Assembly (NCBI RefSeq): GCF_037042905.1
Contig: NC_087245.1
Location: 43,340,001-43,404,000 of the forward strand
Source of the DNA: Lytechinus pictus
Lineage: Eukaryota
Reading direction: 5' to 3'
Length of the DNA stretch: 64,000 nucleotides
A model generated the notes under the pieces. It was not told the origin of the DNA, did no database searches, and saw nothing but the letters and a program-made list of their open reading frames with translations. Of the stretch, positions 26,804-38,419 are shown piece by piece; the stretch's first letter is position 1; each line of letters begins with the position of its first letter. The position numbers and the translations under genes were made by a program.

Positions 26804-29110
26804 TCGCGCTTCGCGCTCGCATTGCCTTTGTAATGATTCCCATTCAAGAGAATTAAATGACATTTCATATATCCAGTTCTGAAATCAATTTGCACACAAT
26901 GTTTTAGCTCGCACCTCAAGCTTTCATTATTTTGTTTGATTTACACAAATTGTTATATAAAAGTTTCCAGCTCGCGCTGCGCACTCGCATTGTTTGATTT
27001 GTGAGATACCTATCCTCTTTGGAAATTCTTTCCAAAATTTGTCAAAATGCTCCTTTATCATGTCAATATACAAAAAATTAAGCTCGTGCTTCGCGCTCAC
27101 ATGTAATTGTTCGAGACACACAGCTTGTTTTTTTAAGGCGGTTTTCCACTAGGGCGCGGACAAGACCAGGAAGGGTTGCGGAAGCTACTTTTGTCATTTC
27201 GGCATGCTGTCCGCAACCAAATTCCGTAAAAGATTATGCAAATGATCTTGTCCTAGGACACGACCAGGACTGTCTGCGTATTGTCGTAGGACATTCCTGG
27301 AACTGTCCTGGGACAAGATTATCTAAATCAATTTGTCGGCGTTCGGCGCGGACAGCATGCAGATCGTATTAGGACAGAACCGGAGACATTTAGGACAACG
27401 TCACGAGTGGTAAATTTAAGGACGAGGACAATAAGAATAATTTTCGGAAAAATTGCGAATACTCCAAGAAAATTATCGTTCATATATTTTTTTTAAATGA
27501 ATTTAGGGGTGTTATTTGGGGTTTGGGGTGCGGTTTTTTTTAAAGAAACATTGATTTTCTTATTAAATCCGATTTAGGAGCAGGCGAGAATGAAGTAATT
27601 CGTCATGAAAGTACGCTATTAAAAAAAAAAAAATCGACTACAAAGACGATGTAGGGTTTTCTTTTATTTCAAATCAAATTGCATACATTGGTGGAAATCC
27701 CTGGGGGACAGGGAGACGCTTCCCCCTCACTTTTTGGAATTTGATATCAAATGCCCCCCCCCCCCCCACTTTTTGGAACGAGCAAACAAGAAAAAATGGA
27801 AAGAGAGGAAAAAGAAGAGAAAAGAGAATAGAAAATGAAGAGGGAAAAAAAGAGGAGTAAGACGAGTGAATTAAATAAGATGAGGGGGGGGGATTTCATG
27901 TCACTATTTTAAATTTTCGCTCGCTTTGTGCTCACATTGCCTAATCTATGATATACATAACTTGCTCAATAGGCTTATATTGAGCTTAAAATATCAAGTT
28001 TTGAAGTAAATATATGAAATATTTCTCGGACACTGAGTTTTCAATTTGTTTGATTTACAAATATATTTTATAGTTTTCTGTAAAATGACTATATTTTATG
28101 GTCTAAATATCGACATTTTCCGCTCGCGCTGCGCACTAGCATTATTTAATTCGTCAAGTAACTATTCTCTTCGTGTATTCCATATTTTTTTGAAAAATAT
28201 CAATTTTTAGGCTTATCTGATTCTGAATAGTATCAGCTAAAGCTGCGCACTTGCATTTTCATTGGGGAGTAATGTATACCTATATCAATTGTAACAAATT
28301 ATTTTAAATTCCTCTTTCTTGACAGTTTATCAAAATTTTCGGCTTGCAATTTGCGCTCGCATTATTTTTAAAGTATTCTTTAAAGTATATTAACCCATGC
28401 ATCCTTTTCATGATTACAAAATATCCAGTTTTTTTACCTTGATATTAATTTCGCGACCTCATTGGGCTTATTAGATTAATGAGTAAGATAATAATATTTT
28501 CATTATTTCCTAATAATCATTGTCCGGTTTTTTTTTCAGAACGGAATATCGACAAGTTTCATCTCTCGACAAAAACAAAAATGTCCTTAAAATTTCCCGG
28601 TCGCAACTGGAAATATATGTATTGATAAAAATATCAACTTGCGCTTTGACTCGCATCATTTATTAAGCAGAATCCATATCCAATTCGTAATTGCGCTTAA
28701 ATTAACTTTTTTTGGGGGATCGGAAAATCAAATATCTTTAGCTCGCGGATCGCGCTCTTATTATTGATATTATGATAAAGAATGTAATTAGAATGTCCAG
28801 ATTCTAGGTTTGAATCTAAACACACGCACGCATATTTATTTAGATACGAATCTTGTTCCAGTTTCAGATCAGATTATCAAATTATTAATGTAGGAATGTT
28901 ATCCACTTATCCATCCTTTTCATGATTTACAAAACGTGAGATGTCGAATTTCGTTTCGGCTCGCGCTTCGCGATCACATCAAGTGTATAGTCATACCCCT
29001 ATCCTGTTCGTGATTTTAAAAGGTGCTTAGAATGCCCTGTATATAGCTGGGAATGTAAGAAATATTCAGCTCGCGCTTTGCGCTCACATTATTTGATTGT
29101 TGAAATATGT
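26804..29110. repeat. Degenerate repeat region with recurrent GCTCGCGCTTCGCGCTCGC motifs
   Basis: Motif repeated many times at ~80-150 bp spacing; related tracts at ~14095-14320 and ~60310-60720. Confidence 0.6.
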
Positions 29111-29578
29111 AGGCTAAAAACAATTGTGTTTGTCGGTGTAATAGTATTCACTTTTTGAAAGCAGATTTTGTGCATTTTATACATGACAATAAATTATCTC
29201 GGATCTAAGGTAACTTTAAAAAGACTGCATATGTTAATAGCAAAGTCGAGGCTCCCTTTATAACATTACTTTCTAATAGTTTTTTCCACAAATTAATACA
29301 TATATTACAAAAGAGGAAGAAAACGGGAAGTTAAGATGCAAATTGCATTCGACAGGCACATGCAGACCAAGGGGCGAGGTGGTCTTGCTTACCCCTTTAA
29401 AAAAAGTACAAACAGAAGAAATATAAGTAAAATGGAAAGGGAAACTTAAAAAATGATATGGTGGAAAAGAAAAACGAAGGGGGAATGTCGTGCTAATACG
29501 GCCCTCCTCTCCCTGCTGCTGGATTATCCCTCCCAGTATTAAAGAGATATACAAACAGCACAAAAGAAATAGGAATTA

Positions 29579-29681
29579 CAGGGGCCGCGGAACCGGGGGG
29601 GGGGCTGGGGGGCTTCAGCCCCCCCCCCCACTTTTGGCTCAGCCCCCCCCCCCCCACTTTGAAAACCGTTCCGCGGCCCCT
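29579..29681. mobile_element. ~100-bp MITE (CAGGGGCCGCGGAAC ends)
   Basis: TIR caggggccgcggaac / gttccgcggcccctg; relative at 53368-53519. Confidence 0.75.
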
Positions 29682-30238
29682 GGATAAACAAAGGAGATGA
29701 ATGAAATGAGGTGAAATAGAATCAAGTAGGAAAAAAAATCGCGATAATGAACAGAAAATAATTGGCCAAGATTGTGAATGTGTAAGATTAGAAATATCAG
29801 TTTTAATTTTTGGACGAACTTGTGAATCCAGTGTCTAATCGCCTTTGCCTCCTCTTGTACCAATTAAAATATAGACTAAAAAAGAAAATGTAAATGGGCA
29901 ATTCCAGGAGGCCGAATGCGATCTCTACGCCCTATTGGCTGCGTAAAAAGGAAAAATGGAATAAATGCAAAGAAGAGTGGAAAAGAAGAAAAAGAGTGAA
30001 AAAATTTACAGACGGGAAGATATCAGTGTTTCAGCTAGGTCAATTTGTTAAAATTATTGGTTCATTTCGCTCTTCATGCTTTTAATACTTTAATTAAGAA
30101 GATTGTGCACGCTATTCATTTTTACGAAAAATACTTAGGTCTTTTCGTCCTTGATGTTTGAAAGAAGTTCGCGCTCATATTTTATGTTTATGAGAAACAT
30201 GTTCTGTGCACGACTTTTTCAGGAAGGCCTTTTTTTTA

Positions 30239-30593
30239 AGAGTCGTGGCGTATAGTGGTTCTGACTCCCGCCTTGTAAACGGAGAGTCGTGTGTTCGATT
30301 CACACCGCGGTCTAGTATACCGTCCTTTGGTAAGACGTATTGCCGGCACACCTTGCCACTCTCGACCCAGGTGCTAAATGGGTACCCGGTTGGATGCGAA
30401 AGTTATTGTATGCTTGAATTTGCAAGCGCCATTTCGAGGCTGCGATGAATGCAAGGAATGCTTCCCAAGATGTGGAAATTGTGCACTTTTCATGCGGGAT
30501 TGAAATGAATCATGGGACAATAATATGCTGTAAATCGTTTTGAGCCGTTCTGAGAAAAGCGATATTTATAAACATGCTATCATTTATTATTAT
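30239..30593 (+). mobile_element. tRNA-derived SINE
   Basis: TGGCGTATAGTGG A-box-like, GTTCGATTC B-box, CGACCCAGGTGCTAAATGGGTACC core, AAAGCGATATTTATAAAC..(TAT)n tail. Confidence 0.85.
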
Positions 30594-32794
30594 TTCTTAT
30601 TAATAAAATATCATTCACGATCAAACAAAGTGCTTAAAATGCATTAGGAATATAAACTTGAATTTCTGTTTTTTCTTATATTCCTTTTTCACATTTTTTT
30701 CTCTTTTTTTATTTCATCTTTCTTTCCTCGTCTCATGCCGGTCTCACGTTCATGCCGGTCATTAACTTCAATAGATTACGTAATCACTATTAAATCTTAA
30801 TCCCTCCTTTCAAGAATTTGGGGTATTAATCTTACACGGTATCCCTATAGTCTCAAAGGCATTCACAGGTGGTTCTTTATCAATGAACTGAAGGAATTCT
30901 GAAGTGACATTTTTTAACATAATTAAATCGAATTACATGTGTTGTGCAAGCACGTCATATTTCAAAATTTCCAATTGTTGAAAATAAGCGTATCTTTAAA
31001 TGTCATAACTTTCTTATTTTATATTCGATTTTGATAAATTTTCAGTATACTGCATTCGAGCAAGACAGTATCTATTACCAGTTTATTAATAAGGTGATGT
31101 TGTAACTGTAGGTATGTCGTGTATGCATTTTTCGTTACAGCATAATCGTAGATGATAATAAATATTGGCAATTAAACACATTATTTAACGTAAATTACTA
31201 AAGAATTTTTAATGCATACAACAAGACCCCCCCCCCAAAAAAAAAAGCAAGGAATGTCCGTTTTTAGGTTTAAATTTATGTACAAAACGTACTTAAAATA
31301 TGAAGTTTCCGATCGCAATAGGCCCTATAACATATTTTAAATCGCGCTTCGCACTCGAATCAGTAATATTGTTTAGTCAGATATAACATTCCTGTTCACC
31401 ATTTCAAAAAACGCTAAGAAAGTCATGTCTTTTCATAAACCGGTCAACTTATTCAATTTTTAACTAGGTCTAAATTCATAAAATACTTATTTAAAAAAAA
31501 AATCATTTTTGATAAAAATTAAGATATAGAACGAATCATATAGGACTAATACTTATCTGTATTTATAATCAGAACGAGACATTCACATTACAACCCACCA
31601 ATTAAAGTTTAATCCAATTTATGCTTAAAACGAGATATTATATCATAGGCGTCATTGCATGCCGATGTTCTGTTACAATTGCAGTTCTCCATGCTCTCTT
31701 GATAGTCTTCTGGATGTATAGAAGATAATTTTTGAAAAGAAGTAAATTATATGCCAATAATGCAATATATCATTCACAAAACTTTGTATTGCACTCCCTT
31801 ACTTCATATTCCTATTTTTCTTCATTCTCCTCCTCCGTCTTCTCCTTTTATCCTATTTTCCACCTTCTGTAATTCCTCTTCTATTTCTCTTCATCAAGTT
31901 CACTCTTTCTATAATTTTTGAAAAGAAGTAAATTATATGCCAATAATTATAAATAGAACGAGTCATATGAGATAATTTATAATCAGAACGAGACATTCAC
32001 ATAACAAGACATAGGAATGAAAAAAAAAGGATTGTGATATTGGCCCTATGATGTGTCTCGTTGCAATTACCAACAGGAGTGAGTGAAATTAATTGTCGAA
32101 TTGTAACCAATGTTTTGAAATTGATTGGTCATTTTAATATAACCAAAACGTATATCGTTCTTATTATCCCCTTACTTAACTATTTTGTTGTTCTCTGTTG
32201 CTCGTGTCTTATTACTTATCACTGAGTTGTACATGATTGTAATTGTTTTGCGAAATATAAGCGAAAAACTTCCAAATGTCATAACTTTCTTATTTTACAT
32301 ACGTTTTTTGATGAAATTGGCTTGTTTCTTATTTCTCTATTGATTCAAATCAATAACTTTTTGGGTAGACTTGACCTTTAAGCTGCATATTCGTACATGT
32401 TATTATATTAGCCTTCTTTTATGTTGACTGAAAAATCTATAATAATCCAAATAGTTTATTTATATTTTGTTTACTGAAATCAACTTAATTAAATAAAATC
32501 AATCCTAAAAAGGATTAAGATTAATTGGTCAAATTGTAATCATATGGGCTTAGGGAATTGATATATGTCTCGTTATAATTATAAAGAGAGCAGCCAATTT
32601 TTAACGATTCACTGATGAAAGTAGCCTTTTCTATCTTTTCTCTCAAGAAAAATACAGATTAAAAGTGACGATGTCAATTATCTGAAAATAAGGTAATTAG
32701 GGTCTGTGATGCTTCGTTCTAAAAGTACACTTAGTATCATGCACTTCTTCATGTGTTTTCCATGTTCCAGAGTATCAAAAGCTCCTTGATGTTC

Positions 32795-33530
32795 TTATCC
32801 AAGTATCTATGTATCTAAGTTTTCATGTAGGCATGTGCCCGTAGCCGCGTATCCAAGTATCCATGTAACCAAAGGTATCTAAGATCTCCGTATCCACGTA
32901 TCCGCGTATCCACGTATCCAAGTATCCAAGTCTCCAATAGTATCCAAGTATCCAAGTATCCAATAGTATCCACGTATCCACGTATCCGCGTATCCACGTA
33001 TCCAAGTATCCGCGTATCCAACAGTATCCAAGTATCCACGTATCCACGTATCCAAGTATCCACGTATCCACGTATCCGCGTATCCACGTATCCACGTATC
33101 CGCGTATCCACGTATCCAAGTATCCAAGTATCCAAGTCTCCAATAGTATCCAAGTATCCACGTATCCGCGTATCCACGTATCCACGTATCCAAGTATCCA
33201 AGTATCCAATAGTATCCGCGTATCCACGTATCCACGTATCCACGTATCCACGTATCCAAGTATCCAAGTATCCAATAGTATCCAAGTATCCACGTATCCA
33301 CGTATCCGCGTATCCACGTATCCAAGTATCCAAGTATCCAACAGTATCCAAGTATCCACGTATCCAAGTATCCAAGTATCCAATAGTATCCAAGTATCCA
33401 CGTATCCTAGTCCGCGTATCCACGTATCCAAGTATCCAAGTATCCAATAGTATCCAAGTATCCACGTATCCATGTATTCATATCCATACATGTTTTAATA
33501 TAATAGTATCCAAGTATTCTGTATCCATAT
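32795..33530 (-). repeat. GTATCC-based 8/10-bp minisatellite (reverse complement of the 23775-24070 array)
   Basis: GTATCCAC/GTATCCAA/GTATCCGC units with GTATCCAATA variants; source of the spurious DTWIRGY ORFs. Confidence 0.95.
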
Positions 33531-35151
33531 AGATATCAACGTATATCATTCCTTAAACAACATCATCAACATAATTATATACCATTGCACGTGTCCTCGA
33601 TCACGCGCCCCCTCTTTGATCCCTTCATATATATCATCCCTTTTTAAGTCCTCTGATTATTATATCACCTGCCATTACTTCACTCTCTCCTACTACATCC
33701 ACCACATTGGACAAGTCGTGTACTCCCTCTACGGGGCCATCCCCCCTCCCCCATCTGCCCCCTCCCCCCATCCTTTATCCATCTCCCGATCCGATTCCTG
33801 CTTGTCGCCGGGGACTCTTAATTCACTCACGAACGTAGAGGGCGACAAAACTGATATCGCACCACACCGGCAGCAGCAATTAGTAGGTAATTGCTCTTTT
33901 GTAATCGATTCATGACATTGGATTCTAAAGGTACTCCCTCAGTTACATCTCTATGACTGAGTATGACTATGTGTGGCAAAATAAGGTTGACAATGTTTGG
34001 ATTATTTTCTCTTTTTCTCTTGGACAAATGCTTGATTTTTTTACACTGTCAGTTTCCATGACAGCTTTTCATTATATATAACTTGATCTTGGCTCTTAAG
34101 TAAATTTGATTCTTTAAATTATTTTTTCTTTATTAAAAATAGAGCTTGAAAAATGTAAATTTTCTTGCCATATTACTTTCCACCAATAGAGGGAGTACAC
34201 AAAAATATGCCAAAAATTCAAGCTTTTGAGCGCTCTGGTCAATACAAAAATTATTCTAAGTTAATAATGAAAATTGAATTGCAACTGTATGGAAATGAAT
34301 AATTTTGGTCACAAAAGTGATATTTTTATGATTTTTTAAAGTGAGTGCTCAATACAGCATTGGCATACCATAGTCCTACCTGTAGTGTAGATTCTCCACA
34401 GACAGGATGGTAGCAGTGAACAAGTGCACCTACCCCACTCACACAAGCATGCGAGGTTAGTTGTATTGTAACCTCGCACAACGCATGTCATTTCATGAAT
34501 TTTGACGTTTTCATTCATCACACGAATGTGAGAGAATGAAACACGCCAAAATCTTCACAATATACTAAATTTATTCATCTAAATCTTATCATTTAATTTA
34601 ATTTTAAAAATGTGTCGAACGTATTTATAAAAAGGGATTTTAAACGCTTATCTCCAAATCTCAGCCAAGACACTCCGTCCGATCCTTAATACTGCGGTGG
34701 AAATTACGCAAACAACAATCGAAATGCGAATTTTTCCTATCGAACAGTCTAGATTCAAGTCGTCGGCGCATAATAGGAAATTGTACCAAAAAATCAACAG
34801 GTTGCATCTCACGTATAATCGCTGATGGCGCTACATCATAAAATAACGCTGAACAGCGAAAAAAATGCGGAGCGCCTAGAACGCAACCAGCTGTACAGCT
34901 GATCTGACGTAAACGACATAAACAAGCAAGTTTATTAAATAATATCGCGTGCCCTCTCTGTGCGGATAGAGAAAACCAGCGAATTAGCTCCATGCCTGCT
35001 TCGACATCATCGATATAAAGTACCAGAAAGACAGAGAGGAAATGAAATTGGCTTCATTTTAAATAGGTATCTATTTCTAATTTTTAGAAAAGACGAATAA
35101 ACTTTATATACAAGTGCCGTGCCAGTGGTAATCCTGTGCACGGCGGCGGTA

Positions 35152-35220
35152 ATGTACCCGTGGGTGCACCTACCCGAACTTCCGGACGGTGAACTCGATC
35201 AGATATTCCGAGTGACAAAG
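35152..35220 (+). CDS. CREBL2: Candidate CREBL2 first coding exon B (MYPWVHLPELPDGELDQIFRVTK)
   Basis: Exactly 23 codons ending AAG|gtgaga (phase 0, in frame with 37036); in-frame stop upstream at 35098; possible acceptor ttttag| at 35087. Confidence 0.45.
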
Positions 35221-35441
35221 GTGAGATGGAAATGTTATTTATTGTAAAAAAAATCATTGAAAAAAAATATAACGAGAAAGTAAAATAGCTTAATTTCTTA
35301 CTCTTCACCCGTATTTCACTCCGTGTCCTTCCTCCGGTTATCCTCAAAATTGGTGATTTTGTTTTGGGCCAGTATCTTTTTCCTCACACGTATTATTCAC
35401 GGCCGATTTCAAAACATCGCATAATATGCGATCGGTAATGA

Positions 35442-36007
35442 CCCCTGGGGGGGGCCACTTCCATTGACGAGTGGATACCATGCGCGACCATGGGGTCCCG
35501 AAAAGCACCCTAAACACGTATTTTCCATGTTCTGAAAATGCACCCCTTAACAAGTATTGTCGTGTGAAACCCTACCCTTAACAAGTATTGGAAATAAAAT
35601 AATTCCCTTGGCAAGTATTCCCTGAATTGAACCCCTAAACAAGTACAGCAATATTTTAATCGTTATATGTCACAGACGTCGGTTTTACCTTTACATCATT
35701 GGGTTTAGTACGGCCCCACCTCCCACACCTCGCGCAAAGTCAGACTCTATTATTGAAGTAGTGTTGATTGTTGGGCTAAAAAGTACATCCTTAATAAAAC
35801 ATTTTAGTCTTTTTACCCTCGCAAATTTGACCCTAATCACGTAACTTTCCTAGCAAAATAGACACCCTTTTTTCACTATTTTAGTGTTTTTGACACCCTT
35901 TTTACGTTACGTACGTAACGTGCCCTATCTTGAAAAAGACATCCTTTTTACGTGTTTTTTTGGTCGCGCATGGTATCCACTCGTCAATGTAAGTGGCCCC
36001 CCCGGGG
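35442..36007. mobile_element. ~560-bp MITE, copy 2 (inverted relative to 26253-26803)
   Basis: Same TIRs and internal sequence as copy 1. Confidence 0.85.
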
Positions 36008-37035
36008 TTTGACCTGCTACCGAATATATCTTGTCACTTGACAAAGGATTGCTATAAAAAAAGTATCATTTCATAAAATTAGTCCATGGCGAAATGTTAT
36101 GCTATCATACAAGAATTCTATAAAGACTATTCTATATGTCCGTTTTCAAGTGATTGTTGTGATTAAAACAGTTTCATATTTTCATCATAATACAGACCCG
36201 CAGCACAGCGCACTACTATGTGTATATACAGCTAAATTGGCAACGCAATTTTTTCTGCTTGTATATTCAGTTTCAGTCCGATACGCGAAGCTACAATTTT
36301 CTCAACTGTTTTGGTAAATTTGAGGATGTTATTATGGAATATTCATATATTGCGATGATTTACAACTAAAGGTATATTGTCGTTCATGAGGTCAAAACTG
36401 TTGTTTGACCTCATTGGTACTATAGAAGTGGGTGAGACTGAAAGAGAGCGGTGGGGGGGGGGGGGGAGGCAACCAGGATATGACGTCATATCACATTTCC
36501 TCTTTTTCCCCAAAAAATGGTATTTGGAACGTGAACCTGTATGGTATACTGGTATGGCAATTTCTGACATTCTCTCGCCCCCCACTTTTGAACACAAAAA
36601 CAGGCCGATGGAAAGATAATGCGGAAAAAATTAGGGGAAAGAGTTCCATATGTCCACTCCACTGATTAAAAAAAAATCCCATTCTTTTGTCTCTGTTCCT
36701 TGTTATTTTTCCCCTCTCATTCCTTTGGTTGGATTCAATCTAATTCCACCCTCTTGATCCATCAAAGTTTATACATTGCAAAATATCTCAATTGGCTTAG
36801 ATTTTGAACGAACATGGAGAAGGTAGCAAGTTGACCAATACTGATTTATTCAATCAAAAGATGGGTCAAGTTTTAGACTTGAAACATTTAAATATGATTG
36901 TTAGCGTGATTAGATACTTTACGAAAAATATTCCATAATTGCATTGTGGTATATTTGAACATTACTATTTAAGCTTGAAGAAAGTTTGGCTTTATGATTA
37001 CTTAATACATTTATTTTCCCCATTGTTTGGTACAG

Positions 37036-37263
37036 GCGAATTTGAAATCTGGTAGGAGTGCGAGCAGACTAAGAAGAGTGCAATCCAGTGGGGGCAAGAG
37101 AGGAAGGAGGCCCTCTAGAGTTGATCGTGATGCCAAGTTGGAGAGGAGCAGACAAAGTGCACGAGAATGCCGTGCACGGAAGAAGCAGAAATACCAGCTG
37201 CTAGAAGAGACTGTTGCAGAAAAGGAGAAACGGATAGTAGCACTTAGAGAGAAACTTGAAAAG
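37036..37263 (+). CDS. CREBL2: CREBL2 / REPTOR-BP bZIP exon
   Basis: Acceptor ttggtacag|, donor AAG|gtacat; KRGRRPSRVDRDAKLERSRQSARECRARKKQKYQLLEE..ALREKLEK matches the CREBL2 signature AKLERSRQSARECRARKK. Confidence 0.93.
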
Positions 37264-37350
37264 GTACATTGTTCTTTTAGAGTTTAGATGCGCGATCTTC
37301 ACTCCCCTATGGTATTCTCTGATCGCTACATGCATATCAAGTGCTATTAA

Positions 37351-37527
37351 GGGACGCACCATTAGATACCAGGGGGGGCTGGAAGTTTGGGTTTTGATAC
37401 AATTTTTTTTCCTTTCTTCTTTGAGCAAATATTTTTTTCCTTACTCCACTGAGACACTTTTTTTTAAACACCTTTCAGATGATTTGAGCGGAGCCCCCCC
37501 CCCTCCTGGATATCTATGGTGCGTCCC
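37351..37527. mobile_element. PIF/Harbinger-like MITE
   Basis: TIR gggacgcaccattagata / tatctatggtgcgtccc; flanks TAA / GAA. Confidence 0.7.
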
Positions 37528-38419
37528 GAAAGCATACACTATTATATCCTACATAGAGTAAATCCTGTATAGTGATTGGTTCAAGTAGCATCATGTGACC
37601 TAATATATTTCAACTATGATGTTGCGTGACGTCAGACCTCGATATATTTTTGGATATAGCGAGGTCTGACGTCATTATTTCACAAAACTGGATATCTAGC
37701 TAAATTCTCTGGCGCACCGGCCAGTGCGCTCTCTCTCCCGGGCAAGTCCCGCGATGCGTCGGCGCAGGCATAATCTGCGTTCCGCTGAGCGCGGTGGCTC
37801 GGAGAAAAGTAGGTAATTCAACTCAAGTAACCTGACTTTGCAAGCTCAACACATAGTAATTGCCAGACCAACCTCGGATAAATAATTCCACTATACTTTC
37901 TCAAAGCCTGATATATTTGTTTATTGTTATATGCTCTAATTGTCGAAGAATGCTGAAGAGTACTGTTTACGTACATTCCCATTTGGTTAGTATGTTACTG
38001 TTTATTATTGAAAGTTAAAGAAAGTTCCCCCTATATCAAAAGGATGTAACCTTATAACACAAAACAGAAAAGCTCCTGATTGAAACGAGTCATGACAAGA
38101 TAAGTTAAAATGATGATCTCACATGTTAATAGTGAAATAAAACCATGTTTACATTGACAGATTACCAAAGGTGGCGGAGCAGAGGATAATCTTTTGTATT
38201 TAAGAGGGACGTAACAATGCCGCCTCCCCCATGAACATAGGATAATCCTCTGCTCTGCTGCCCATGCGGATTGCAACACTGAAATATTATGTATTATGTT
38301 ATGAAATGTAACATAAATTATGTGTGTGACGTCTTCAGTTCCCTTATATGCCTTTCGCTTAAGTGCTATACATGCAACTGTTCTTTTTTTACTAGGCATA
38401 AATTTCAAATGGTATAAGT

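Noticed and set aside
31525..32005. Short local duplications (ataatttttgaaaagaagtaaattatatgccaataat; atttataatcagaacgagacattcacat)
   Set aside because: Consistent with ordinary slippage or repair duplications in AT-rich intronic DNA; no further structure.
32815..33491. 160-220 aa ORFs of DTWIRGY/WILGY repeats in all three minus frames
   Set aside because: Artefact of an 8-bp minisatellite lacking stops on that strand; the same applies to 23781-24172.
35067..35087. GT..AG mini-intron upstream of candidate exon B
   Set aside because: Only 21 nt, too short for a spliceosomal intron.
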